A stretch of 39,029 bases of DNA from Eledone cirrhosa (lineage: Eukaryota), in NCBI GenBank assembly GCA_964016885.1, contig CAXHJY010000061.1:1-39029 (forward strand). The letters are read 5' to 3'. A program made the translations under genes and the position numbers. Below, piece by piece: positions 16,628-29,397 of this stretch. Numbering within the stretch: position 1 is the stretch's first letter; every line of letters starts with the position of its first letter. The notes beneath the pieces are model-generated. The model worked only from the letters and a program-made list of their open reading frames with translations, searched no databases and had not been told where the DNA came from.

Positions 16628-17564
16628 TCTATATATATAAAACTGAGGATGCCTGTCTGTGTGTGTGTGTGAGTTTGAATCCCTAAACGTCGAGAACCAC
16701 CCAACCGATTGTTTTCAAACTTTGCACATGTAATACTTATGTTTCAGGGAGTGTTCTGAGCAAACTAAATTTCAAATTTTCAATGCCCTAGGGACGGCAT
16801 TAGGCGATTTAGCGATCTCGCTCTATAATTCTTAGTCTTTCTCTTTTTAGATAGATACATACATATAACGTCGCGCCCTTATAATATCTGTCTGTATGTC
16901 TGGCTGTCTGCATTACGTCACTTCCCTGAGGATGTCTGTCTCTCTGTGTATGTGTCTGTAAGTTTGAATCCCTAAAACTCGAGAAGTACCCAACCGATTT
17001 TTTTTCAATCTTTACATGTGTATTACTTATGTTTCAGGGAGTGTTATGCACATAAAAAAAAATTCAACTTTTTTTTTATCTCCTATGGCCTCCATTAGGT
17101 GAAAAACTGCGTTTTTTAAGATTGTTAGGAGTTTTTTGAGGCGTGATGTCAGTTACAATTTCAAAGAAATCGGTCTATGTATTAGTCAGTCTCTTCTTCA
17201 TACCGTAAGCAAAGAAAATCCATCTTTCATATAGCCTAAGGCCTGCATTAGGTGAAAAACTTCATTTTTTCAGCTTCTTAGGGCTTTTTGGAGGCGTTAC
17301 GTCTAGCAGATTTTCTCGAAATTTAAAGGCATATTATGCACATAAAAAAAAATTCATTTTCTTGATCCCCTATGCCCGCATTAGGTGAAAATCTGCATTT
17401 TTCCTGCTTCATCGAGGAAAATGTTAAAGATTATCCAGTCATCAGAGTATTCGGTTTATTTTCTTTATATATTGTCCAGGCATGAAGTTTTTCCACGATT
17501 AGGTCTGTTGGCGCCCCGCGTTTCAAAATACATTATCCCGTGCAACGCCGGGTACCACTGCTAG
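16628..17564 (+). mobile_element. Non-autonomous Helitron (937 bp)
   Basis: 5' TCTATATATATAAAA, 3' hairpin CCCG-tgcaacgc-CGGG (17537-17552) then CTAG. Inserted between host A and T without TSD; the empty site is readable from the other IR arm. Internal duplication at about 16643 and 16927. Confidence 0.93.
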
Positions 17565-18231
17565 TAAAATATATTTTGATTACGTGAATGTCTACATTTA
17601 TTAATATTTTGAATTAATATATATATAATATATATAATACAGCTTTTTAACTGACAGCTGACAAAAATGTGTTTGCAACCACAGTCTTTTTTTTATTTTT
17701 TATTCATATTGTAAAATATATGTTTTAATGAAACATGTAAATAAAACATATTTACATGGTTTAATATGAAAAGAATGTATGTTTACATACATTGCAGTTA
17801 CGGTGAATAACTTGTACTGCATAGACAGATAAGATTTTATAAAATACTTCAGTTGCTTATTGTAAAGTTTAATATACAATTAAATCAACCTCTGCCGTAA
17901 CCACTAAAATTATGCAAACTATAGGTCCACTTCTCTAGTTCTGCCATGATGGGTATATAAAAGCGTTGGTTGCCTGTGTCTAATTAGAAAACGTAGACTG
18001 TTTCTGAGGATGATCTCAATGAAGATCGAAACTACAGTAAAGACGTTCATCTTTTTTTCATTGTAGGGAGAAATATGTAAATAAAACATACCCCCACGCT
18101 TAAATATACATACATATATCTTGCAGCGTCTGTTGAAAACCTGTAATGTTTGTAGAGATAGGAATTTATGATATATTTTAGCTGCTTCTTGCACAGTTTT
18201 ATCTGTAATTGAATTAGCTACCACCGCAATA

Positions 18232-18407
<176 letters not shown>

Positions 18408-19479
18408 TAGCTTTAACATTATATACCCTTCCTCTGGAGAAACATTATATCGTGTCTTTCCGACAAACTGATTCTAAGACAAACAATCACTATGTCTACT
18501 GACGATTCCTTATATAAACATTGACACAACACTAAATATATTGATGCTACTTCAATGAGAATTATATGATTCAAAGACATGAGATTTTCACTATATAGTC
18601 TGCATCTGTCTATTTGTTTTCGTGACCAGACGATCGATTCTGTTTTACAATGCTGGTCTATGTTTTCACATGTCGGCCGTATATATTCATGAGTCTAGAT
18701 TAAAGTATTTATATGAATCAATGATGCGATAAACTATCTCTTTTTCATTTATCTTACAATTAATCATGAAAAAATTATTTAATATATCACTAGCATTTTA
18801 TACAAACACATTAACTTCGAAGTACGTGCGTTTGGAAACAAGCAACAGATAAACTAGTTTCGTCTAATGTTATATTTCTTTTATTTTATGACAGCTTACT
18901 ATATCATATATTAGGGTAAACATTAAAATGTACTGCCACTAAAACTGTTTGGGTACGTTTGATCATTGGAATTTGTAGAAGCCATATCAACAAAAAAGTT
19001 GACTGATCATGTTATTGGAATATTTTCTATATTCAGGAAATCAAATAAGTAGATTTTCTCGTATATGGCGATAAATAGTTTAGAATGACTCTTTTAATAT
19101 ATTTCTAAAACGAAAACAAAAATAATAAAATAAATGAAGAAAAAAAATGTTGATTAGAATATTGTATTACAGACGGTTATTTGTGTGAATAAAGCGAAAT
19201 TGATCGGTTGTCATCTTGTAAGATAATACTAGTGAACAGCAAAAAAAAAAACCGAAAGACGACGAATAAAATATCATCAATAGAAATGACTTTACGAATA
19301 TTTTCGCTGGAGGGTGTGAGATGACTGCCCACAAAATGAAACATCATCATTCATGTTTCAAGTTAGCCCTCAATTAGCAATGTGAAATACATACTGTATA
19401 TATGTAACGGTTGTACTTTCAACTGTGACCCCTCTTGCAATCATATTTAACTAAGTTGAGAGGTTGTCGCCAGTCTACC

Positions 19480-19600
19480 GATCGATCGGTTGTTCAATAG
19501 TTACGAAGCAACCATTAGGTTCCGAGTTCGATCCCACCTCGAGTTGATACAGATCTTGTGAGTAAATCTGGGAGAACGGAAACTGTTTGGGAACCCGTCG
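19480..19600 (+). mobile_element. Degenerate tRNA-derived SINE fragment
   Basis: B box GAGTTCGATCCC followed by CTTGTGAGT...ACGGAAACTG...CCCGTCG, recalled as an octopus SINE body. Confidence 0.5.
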
Positions 19601-21104
19601 GATGGACTTTACTACATGCCGAATATCCCTGAAAAAACTACGTTAAAGGTACAAGTGTCTGTGGAATGTTCAGCCACTTACACGTTAGTTTCATGAGAAG
19701 GCTGTCCCTTTGATAGAACAACAGGAACCAGTCATCATCAAAACTGACGGATGCCCGGTTTTTCCTTCCATTCCTGACCAATGGTTCGAACTCAGTTGCA
19801 CAGAAGTTGTGCAACGTCTTCGTGAAAAAACACACTTATTTTTAACAGACTCAGACCACATAGACGTAAATAGGTACCGTTGAGAGGTACATATGGTGAA
19901 TGTTTAGTTAATTGAAGTGTTGAGTACAAATCCACACCACCCATTCAGAAGTCCTGTAGTTTACAATAAGACACTTTAGTAAGTCACTACTCGCAGATGA
20001 AGTAATCAACCATATCCTAACAACTAGATATTGAATTGTTTATACAATACAAGGAGGCGTAGAATTGGCAGTGTCATCAGAACATATTCAGTAAAATAAC
20101 AAACTTTCTCATTATTTATCTGATCTCTGGAACATAACTTAACAAAGGTTCTTGGATAGAATTATAATGGAATGTTTTTTGCGTTTAAAAATATATATAT
20201 ATATATATTAAAACACAGTTTTATATCATAGAAACAAGGTGGTTTATTATCAAACGGGTTAAAAAGAATATATCTCTTCCACAGTAGAAAATGGAATGGA
20301 TTTCAATTTCTGGAGAGTTCTTAAAAGTGTATGCAGTATATGATGAGTATCAACTGACCTTCTCTTCTAACTTTCTTCTTTTTCCTCCTCATATGTAGGG
20401 TAATATATGCGTATATGTGTATGTACACATGTTTCTTAATAAATATGTGTATATGTATAATTGTATACGTTTGAATGTAATGATATATATGTATTAATAT
20501 ATCTAAATATACACATTTGTGTCTTTGTGTGTATGTGCATGTGTGTGTGTGTGTGTACATGTATGTTAATGCATTTATATGACCCTGTTTGTTTGCATAT
20601 AAGTGCATATGTGCATGTATGTATGTGTCTGTGCATGTATGTATATGTGCATATATGTCTGTGTGCACGTGTGTGTATGTGCGTGTGCATATGTACAAAT
20701 GTGTGTTTCAGACTCATAATTGTTAAGAAACGCAATAGTTTGCCGAGCTCTACAAATGGGCCCTTTGTTTTAAAGAAGAAAGGGCACCGAGAAAATATCC
20801 CACAGGTTTTGCTACCAATGCTTCTATTGTGAAGTTGAAACTTTCTCATTCCTTAGTTATCCAGCTACAAACCTGTTTGTGAACGTTGACCGAATCCCTT
20901 GCAAATACAATAGCAGGCCAGAAATTGCTGTTTTAAAAAAGAACGTTCGACACATCAAAGAAACAATGTTTTCTTTGAGAAAAGACGTTAACAATTAAAC
21001 TTATTGTTTGGTCCTAAATAACTCCTGTTCGGCTCTAACTACTCCAGATAAACCCACTGTGCTTTGGTTAAACCCTAAGCACTCCAGGCATGCCTAAGTT
21101 CTAC

Positions 21105-21138
<34 letters not shown>

Positions 21139-21395
21139 TACACACACATATTATATATCGTCATCATCATCATATTGCACAATTGTATTCGTCTCACTTT
21201 ATTTCGTTTGCCACTTCTTTATTATTAATAATATCTGTAATACCTTGATAGCGTTTTGTCCCATGTTTTCTGTATTAGTTTATCGTATTGTGTATCCGCT
21301 AGTACCTTCAGCTTTATAAGCAACTGATGTGACCTACCACACTTACCACACTTACCATCGAAACTGGATTATGCAACCTATAAGGATGGCTGAAG

Positions 21396-21588
21396 AAGTG
21401 GCATGGATTGGCAGTATCGGTAGAGAGTCGGACACCATGCTTTGGCGCATAGAGTTACGGCCGTGCCATTCTGAGTTCATTCTCGCCGAGGTTAATTTTG
21501 CCTTTCATCCTTACGGGGTCGATAAAATAAAGCACCAGTAATGCACTGAGTAATTGCTGGCCTTGTGCCAAAATTAGAAACAATTATT
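21396..21588 (+). mobile_element. tRNA-derived SINE copy (same family as the 11.4-14.5 kb cluster)
   Basis: TGGCAGTATCGG...GAGTTC...GCCTTTCATCCTTACGGGGTCGATAAAATAAAG...GGCCTTGTGCC...AGAAACAATTATT. Confidence 0.9.
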
Positions 21589-22417
21589 TCCTGTGTTGCG
21601 CCTGTGTCTTATATTTTTGTCATAGCCATGTTGTTTTTGCTGTATATATATATATATATAAGCAATGTATTTTTAGAACCATTGAGCGAATTACGAATTT
21701 TGAATTTAAAGTTAGCTTAAAGTTAACAGCTTCTACGCACGATTTTGACAAAAAAAATATAGTCTGAGTTGGACATATAAGCATCTGAGAGGGAAAAAGT
21801 GAACAACGTCACCCGTGGGACTTGAAATCACGAATGCTATAATTACATGAAAGTGACACTCCCTCTTTTTCCGTTAATTTAAGGTATACCAATCAGCCGG
21901 GATAAACAAAAAGTCTATTTTTAGAATCGCTGAGCGAATTACAAATGGTTGATGGATATAGGGGTCATAAGTTGGGCTTATATGCTCAGCTCATTCGAAT
22001 ATTTTTCATGATCAAAAGCCTGTGTTGAAGTTATTAACGTTTCATTTAGCACTATATATATCATAATATAATAAAGGGAGGAGTGCGGGACTGCGTCCCG
22101 AATATATATATTTTTTATCCTGTTTGTAAAATAAGTTGGATTACTTTGAATAAATAATGAATGAATATTACATAATTTATGTACTAAATTTCGTAAGTCT
22201 TGATTAAATATTAATAATTTTATTGCTTATTTCAAGATTCAATTCTTTTAAAATTTTCAAATGTCAGTACTTCCGGTTAATATATAATGGACTCTATATT
22301 ATATCGCTTATATAAACGTTCATATATTTGCATCGTTATATAACGTTTATATTTCCGTCGCTAATTTTCTCCTTTTTCGTTTTCATAAAAGTTCACCGTA
22401 ATGCAGTTTATATATAA

Positions 22418-24051
22418 CTAGCAGTTTAACCCGGCGTTGTTCGGGTTTGTTCATTTGCTATGAAAAGTTACATACAGGTAAACGTAGCTTGAAAGCGCAT
22501 AAGCTTATCAATTAAGTGCATAAAGCAGTTGAACCGGTTATTAATAGTTACGAACCAATTAGCATTTTGGACAATCAATGATGGGTTAATAATCTTCCAA
22601 TAGCGAATTTAGTCGACCAAAGTTGCAAGATGGTGGCCCTGATGCCGCTGGGGTCAGATCTGTCCACCATGGGTGACCCTACCAGTTTTCCAGACGGCAT
22701 AGCTCCAACACCTCCAACATCTATAGCACCTCTTTGTAGACGATATTGCATGTCATCCCTTGAGGAGTGTAAGCAAAAAGTCCATTCCTGCTCCCTACGC
22801 GGGAACAGGCAACATAAAGTTGGCCATGGGAGATTAGCCAGTTTCAGTCTGAACACTCTGGCAATGAGGTCATGTCTGTTCGAATAATTTTGCCCAGGAA
22901 AAAGTTCACGGGTTACATTCCGATTCATATGTCTATAGCATTAATCTGTTATATGAAGTGTTATTTTGCGGGTTGTTATTTGCAATAAGCCGATTGAAAA
23001 TGCCCCAGATAAGCCGTATGCCAATACGGAACGCTCCACTGCAGTGTTGTCATATAGTGAGTGAAGAGCGACAGAGAGAGTAAATGAATTAAATTATAGA
23101 GAGGGGGAATATACGGAACGCTCCATTTGATCATATACATTGTTTCTCTCTCTGCAGTGTTGTCATATAGGGAGTGAAGAGCGACAGAGAGAGTAAAGAA
23201 GTTAAATTATAGAGAGGGGGAATGATCATGATCGATTTTTGCCCTTATTGTTGATTGATTTGAAATTTTTTTGCTTCATGACCTTCTCCTGACCAAAAGC
23301 AATAATTGTCCCGACTTTGAATAGAATCCCGTGAAAAAAGTTCTCAATTTTGTGTCTCATATTGAGAAAAACAAAGAAAGAAAATTACAAAAAGGACAAC
23401 AATAAAATATAATGTCTTTGTTGAGAATCATGTAAATAAATGCTTAAGCGTCGTTATTGTTACGTTTGTTGTTTTATAAATTCATCTGTTGCTTTTGAAT
23501 ATTTGTTATTTGATGTAAAATGTAAGTGTGTAAAATGTAACGTTGAGAGAGCAGTATGTATTTAGTGTTATCGGCTTTTTAAATTTTGATATTTGATGTA
23601 TGAGTGTCGTTGTGACTGTTTGTTGCTTAGATTTCAAAGTTTGTATCGCGTTCCTTCAAAAGAAGTTTTGTCGTTGTTCTAAACTGTAAAGGGTAGTAGA
23701 CGGAGGCAATAACCTTTTAAAGAGAGTTGCAGAGGAGATTGAGGGTGGAGCAGAGGAAAAGATGAACCTTTTAAAGAGAGTTGCAACATGTATGTAGTTT
23801 CATATATTTTGATGGTAGTAGTGAGAGGAATGTAGTGTGTAAGAGAGAGGGTTACAGCATGTATTAGTTTTATTGATTTTTTTTTCATAGAAGCAAGAAA
23901 TTTTTGGAAAAAATAATATAATTACGCGGTGACCTGCCCTGGTAAATCTGGAGCACATTGGGAAAAAAATCATCAAAATCGGTAGAGAAATGTGGAAATG
24001 CATAAAAATCATACACACAGACAGGCATTTACCGTTTTATATATATAGAGA
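22418..24051 (-). mobile_element. Internally deleted Helitron (1634 bp)
   Basis: On the minus strand it starts TCTCTATATATATAAAA after a host A and ends CCCG-aacaacgc-CGGG...CTAG before a host T; contains RepHel remnants. Confidence 0.9.
22721..22915 (-). pseudogene. Helitron RepHel remnant: Rep fragment joined out of frame to the PIF1-type helicase C-terminus
   Basis: 22915->22832 reads ...RELFPGQNYSNRHDLIARVFRLKLAN (Rep region motif). 22831->22721 reads SHGQLYVACSRVGSRNGLFAYTPQGMTCNIVYKEVL* (helicase motif VI and typical Helitron C-terminus). Confidence 0.9.
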
Positions 24052-24389
24052 TATGGTCTTTTTTTAATGTATCATGGATTACTTTACCAATTACAGAAGA
24101 CACTGTAACACAGTCTCTCTTCAATTTCTGTGCATGTTCTCAATTACGATTTTATTTGACGCATCATATCTATATGCATATATATTTACGTATAATATCA
24201 ATATGCACACTACACATGCTAGTATATATAATGGGTGTTTTTTCTGCTAGTATATATAATGTGCGTGATTCAGTGAATTATTGATGATGGTGCCAAAATG
24301 AGCACTCGATGCACAGACAAAGTGTATATATTAAAAAAAATGATGAAGTTTCGTTTACACGTAGCTTTCTTTCTTGTGTAACGATCTGT

Positions 24390-25255
24390 TACGTGCTTGT
24401 TGTATGCTGAAAGTTCTGATAACCATATTCTCTTTACTCTTCTGAAATATTCATTCCTGGTTCTCTCTTTAATTATGGTTTCTATCGTATCTGACATTCT
24501 CATCCTGTCCAAGAGACCAATAGTTGTCACCTAACTGGAGAGCTTGTATTGTCAAGCTGTTCAGTTTTAGATTTTCAGAGGTCACAACTTGTCCACAATT
24601 TGTTTTCAAAAATTCGTATATAGACTCACCAAATTTTATTTCAATGTATGTAGAAATTTGGGGGATGAGGTCTAATTGCTTTTTGATGTGGTTGATATTT
24701 GATCTGTACAACTTTAGGTCATTGACAAAGAAAAGATGGGAGATACTTCTAGATCCATTTTTATGGCCAATATGTTTCATCAGCAGGTATGACAGTGAGT
24801 TTAACGAGAGGATAAGAGCAGCACTGACAAACTATCACCCTGAAAGATGCCTTTTTTGGTAGTTTAACTCCTAAGGAACAAAGTGGTGAACCAAGTTTTG
24901 GTCAGGCGTTCGATAGCAGCTGCTAGGGGTTGTGGGACTTCGGCTAACTGTAAAACCCCGATAATCCACCCATGTGACATACTATCAAATTCCATCTGGT
25001 AGTCGAGCCCTACTACAATCAAGTTCCTGTGATTCTTTATTGTTTTTTCTTGAATCATTTTGTTAGTAGCTGCTTTATATAGCCACTCACCTTCTTTCCC
25101 CCAGCTTGCTCAGGAGTCATAATGTTGTTGATGGCACAATGATCCGGCAAGAACAGATTGAGGCATCTAGTATATAATTTAAACATGATGTTCTGACAAG
25201 CTATTTGGTGGTAATTTTTATTATGTGTGGTGGTTTGGCTGTTTTGGGGAATTAG
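24390..25255 (-). pseudogene. Degraded non-LTR reverse transcriptase, R4/Dong-like
   Basis: Frameshifted pieces in order: KNYHQIACQNIMFKLY...EQAGGKK; RNLIVVGLDYQMEFDSMSHGWI; ISHLFFVNDLKLY (decayed YxDD box); IKFG...NYWSLG; EYFRRVKRIWLSELSAYNK. Confidence 0.85.
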
Positions 25256-25542
25256 GTGAGTAATGGCTGTTGATAGCCGGCCGTATGAGATCCCGCCGAT
25301 AAAAGGTGAGATTCTTAAACCACTAACCTATCATGTAGTCTGGGCCTGTTTCACATTTTCTGTAGAGCTGTTTACAGTATTTCGTTGTCTATTTAGCATT
25401 GCCTTTGTTGAAAATGATGGTAGTAGCCCTGCTCTGGTACTTCTATTAATTCAGCTTGCATGTTGAACTCGTCATTTGTTTCCCATACCGATCTCTAGTA
25501 GCTCTCAATATGTACGTACATACATATGTATGTATGTATGTA

Positions 25543-26908
25543 CTAACCGAATTACCCGCGCCTTGCTGCGTTTCACACATTTACTTTGTAAGAAAATGAT
25601 GATTTTTGTTGATAATTTTTGTTATCATAATCTAGTGATGTTTTGCCATAGATAAAATGTCTGAATTAGCCAAATTAAAGAGAGGTACTTTGTTTGTTGA
25701 TTTACGTTTAATTAATAGAAAAACCCCGTGATAATAGAGGTTCTAATGCTCAAGTTATGGGCTTCCAAAATTTTCACTATAGGGGGGTTTAACCACCATT
25801 AGGGTGTCTTAGTATTATTGAAATTTGCTGAAATTTTGTGAATAGGCATCATATCTTATCGTTTACCTATGGTTTAAATTTCATATAAATTGAAGAGAAA
25901 AGATTTTCAGCGGAGGTTTGTGCCCCCGGGGAACCCTTTGATTAAAATGAAATATACTTATCCAAGTACCCTGGGCAATTTAGTTTCAGAATATATATGG
26001 TTATGGGGGTCTATCTCCGAAAACATATGAGGAGTTCGTGAACAAACAAACAGACACGAACTACAACTTTATATATATATATAGCCGAATTACGCGCAGC
26101 TTGCTGCGTTTCACACATTTTTTTTTTTTGTAAGAAAATGATGATTGATTTTAAATCAGTGATATAATTTATGGAGAAAAACTCTGCATTTCAATATTAC
26201 TCAATGTAAAATGTAATGCATGAAAAATTGGAAAACATTTTTTGTAATATATCAAATCAAAATTACATTATTAAATCTTATTCTTATTTTGTTTCTTTTA
26301 TATAATTTTTTTCAAAATATCAATTCAAAACTTTTGTGAATAGGCATCATATCTTGTCATTTACCTATGGTTTAAATTTCATATGAATCGAAGGGAAACA
26401 TTTTTCAGTGGGGGTTTGTGCCCCCGGGAACCTTAATAGGGGGTTTAACCCCCCATTAGGGTGTCTTAATATTATTGAAATTTGCTGAAGTTTTGTGAAT
26501 AGGCATCATATCTTGTCATTTACCTATGGTTTAAATTTCATATGAATCGAAGGGAAACATTTTTCAGTGGGGGTTTGTGCCCCCGGGAACCTTAATAGGG
26601 GGTTTAACCCCCCATTAGGGTGTCTTAATATTATTGAAATTTGCTGAAGTTTTGTGAATAGGCATCATATCTTGTCATTTACCTATGGTTTAAATTTCAT
26701 ATAAATTTAAGCGAAAACTTTTTCAGCGGGGGGTTTGTGCCCCCGGGGAACCCTTTGATTAAAATGAAATATACTTATCCAAGTACCCTGGGCAATGTAG
26801 TTTCAGAATTTATATGGTTATGGGGGTCTATCTCCAAAACCATAGGAGGAGTTCGTGAACAAACAAACAGACAGAGACAGACAGGAACTACAACTTTATA
26901 TATATAGA
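25543..26908 (-). mobile_element. Head-to-tail dimer of a non-autonomous Helitron inserted in (ATGT)n
   Basis: Minus-strand start TCTATATATATAAAG at 26908; first copy ends ...GTAATTCGGCTA at 26082; second copy (26081-25543) ends CGCAGCAAGGCGCG...TTAG; host A^T site. Confidence 0.85.
26332..26750. repeat. 159-bp internal tandem repeat (~2.6 units)
   Basis: GTGAATAGGCATCATATC recurs at 26336, 26495 and 26654; only about 1.3 units in the other Helitron copy. Confidence 0.92.
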
Positions 26909-27004
26909 TGTATGTATGTATGAAGAACGCATCCAAAATATGTATATACACATGTACATATGTATGTATATGTGTATATGCATGTGTGCATGTGTATGTA
27001 TATG

Positions 27005-27354
27005 CGCGGGGACATAGAAATAGTCGGGCTGGACACCAGATCGCGCGGTTAAACCACTTGGAGTGAAGAACCCCTAGCCTTTGTCAGGGCATTCTTCTAG
27101 AAGAAGGCAACGCAGGAAAATGGGATAACTCCGATATAAAACCTGCGGCTCAGTAGTTACCGATGATGTTGATCTTTTCTTCTTTTCAGGTTATAGCTAC
27201 TGTCGCTCAAAGAGTGGGATTGGCTCAGTGCACAGTCTTTCCTCACTTACAAAAATAACTTCACGCACAGGCATTGCACGATAGAATTAATTAACAATTA
27301 TTAATAATGGTATATCGTGCAATGACCATACTCGATAACGAGGGGGTAGCCATC
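27005..27354 (+). mobile_element. RTE-derived short element, divergent subfamily
   Basis: Shared core at 27068-27277; 3' hairpin CTCG-ataa-CGAG and GCCATC followed by (ATGT)n at 27355-27423. Confidence 0.65.
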
Positions 27355-27393
27355 ATGTATGTATGTATGTATGTATGTATGTATGTATGTATG

Positions 27394-27423
<30 letters not shown>

Positions 27424-27425
<2 letters not shown>

Positions 27426-27669
27426 AAACCTGCAGCTTCGGAAGCATCCAATGATGTTGACCAGTTCTCCTTTTTGGGTAGTGTTTTCGATGCTCAGAGA
27501 GTGGGATTGGTCGAGTGCAAGGCCTTTCTCCACTTAAAAAAGCCTTCAAAGCACAGGCATTGCTAGTTCAGGATATGTTACAGGTTTGTATGGCTGGCCG
27601 TAGCCTAAAAGTGCACCAAACTCTATAATCTGACAAGCGATTGCAATACTCTTAGAGTTTGCAGCCATC
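27424..27669 (+). mobile_element. 5'-truncated RTE-derived short element
   Basis: Highly similar to about 9895-10137. Confidence 0.75.
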
Positions 27670-28332
27670 GTGTATCATGTGTGCGAAATGTCAAGAAGGA
27701 AAAACAACATGGGAGAACGATGCAGTACAATGACGTTTTGATGCAGTACAATTCGTTTTAATAATTGATATAGTAGGAAAATCCCTTAATGTTTCGAACG
27801 CTAGCCCTTTATTGAAAGATAAAATGAGAGGCAGAAGAAGCAATAGATGAGAGTAAGAAAATAAAGTAACGAATGTTTTCTACGTGAGAAAAGCACGTGT
27901 TAGCCGTTTGGATGAGTGCAGGTCAGAGTGTAATTCGGATATGAGAGAGGTATAAAAAGGGAGATAATCATTGCATATATATATATATTTGTGTGCGTAT
28001 GTGAGTGTGTGCGTGTGTGTATGTGTGTGTGTGTGCGTGCGTGTGTGTACGTGCGTGCGTGTGTGTATCTATTTGTCCGTACAAAGCTGTGAGGGTATGA
28101 AGGTTGTGATATGCGTTAGACCATGACGTGAATCAATGTGTGAGTGTGAACATTTGAACATTGAATGTACCAGCGGAGAAAAAGTTTTCAATATATGTCA
28201 CAGAACATGTCTAAAAGATTAATCATCTTTTTGTTACCTGACGAGTCACACATAACGATGGAGTGAATCACAACATATGTATATATGTTTGTGTATACAT
28301 GTGTTTACGTGTGCGTATGTTCGCCTGCATGA

Positions 28333-28447
<115 letters not shown>

Positions 28448-28509
28448 AATTAATACGTAATCTGGATTAGTACATATACACACACAGATACATATATACA
28501 CACATATGC

Positions 28510-28750
28510 GTGTTGGGGAGGGGGCTCCGTCTGTTTCGACGACGAGTGCTCCAGATATTCGAACAACGAAATATCTTGTTCGTGAAATTAACGAACACGT
28601 GTACCTTTAACGTAATTCTCAGGGAGATTCAGCGTGACATTGTACGACAAGGCCGTTTCTTTGAATTACAGGGAAGCCAGTTCTCTGTGTCTGTCCTACT
28701 CAGAAGCAGAGTACGACAGACAGAGATATGACTTCCCTGAAATAACAGGT
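28510..28750 (+). mobile_element. SINE central fragment with a 71-nt hairpin
   Basis: TCGTGAAATTAACG...ACACGTGTACC...CTCAGGGAGATTCAGCGTGAC recalled as an octopus SINE body; hairpin at 28669-28739. Confidence 0.55.
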
Positions 28751-28871
28751 ATGTGAAAATTAATTAATTTTTTTTCTTCCCTTTTTTATTTTATTTTCAT
28801 TGCCTTAATCATTATTATTACTATTATCACTATTTGTACAAATATGCAACTTAACAATATTCTGCATATCC

Positions 28872-28909
28872 GCAATTGACAATGCTTTTAATGTTGAAAC
28901 CGGTATTGT
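28872..28909 (+). ncRNA. Minimal HHR-like motif, U3-A8 variant with decayed helix II
   Basis: GCAA-TTGACAA-tgcttttaatgtt-GAAA-CCGG-TA-TTGT followed by AATAAA. Confidence 0.5.
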
Positions 28910-29036
28910 AAATAAATTAATGTTTTCATATCTCTCTGAAAAAGATTTCTTCAACATTTTCTACTGAAAGAATCTTTTTTCTTTTCTACTATTTGTTTTT
29001 ATATATATTAACTCGTGTGTTACTTTTCTACATACG

Positions 29037-29208
29037 ATATATATATATATATATATATATATAGATACACGATACACACACGATATATATTATATGCTAT
29101 ATGTATATATATATATGTATGTGTGTATAAATATATATATATATGTATGTGTGTGTATAAATATATATACATATGTATATATATATATATATGTATGTGT
29201 GTGTATAA

Positions 29209-29262
<54 letters not shown>

Positions 29263-29397
29263 ATAAATATATATACATATGTATATATATATATATATGT
29301 ATGTATGTGTGTGTATAAATATATATACATATGTATATATATATGTGTGTGTGTGTGCGTGTGTGTGTGTGTGCGTGTGCGTGTATGTGTGTATATC
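29037..29397. repeat. Compound (TA)/(TG) microsatellite with recurring GTATAAAT unit
   Basis: Directly visible. Confidence 0.9.

Larger units (their letters stand above)
16309..17620. mobile_element. 184-bp inverted duplication with an HHR in each arm; right arm split by a Helitron
   Basis: Left arm 16309-16492, 7-nt spacer, right arm 16500-16627 plus 17565-17620; about 4 mismatches. Confidence 0.93.

Noticed and set aside
17400-17450. CTGATGA on the minus strand inside the Helitron; similar lone heptamers near 18499, 20074, 24777 and 28238
   Set aside because: None has a correctly placed GAAA, UH site and paired helices.
20711-20832. Possible exon after TTTCAG (LIIVKKRNSLPSS...)
   Set aside because: No recognisable domain, weak donor site and no partner exons.
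27781-27825. Minus-strand HHR-like remnant (TCAATAA...GTTCGAAACATTA)
   Set aside because: The core and helices are too degenerate to call, though it may be a decayed copy.
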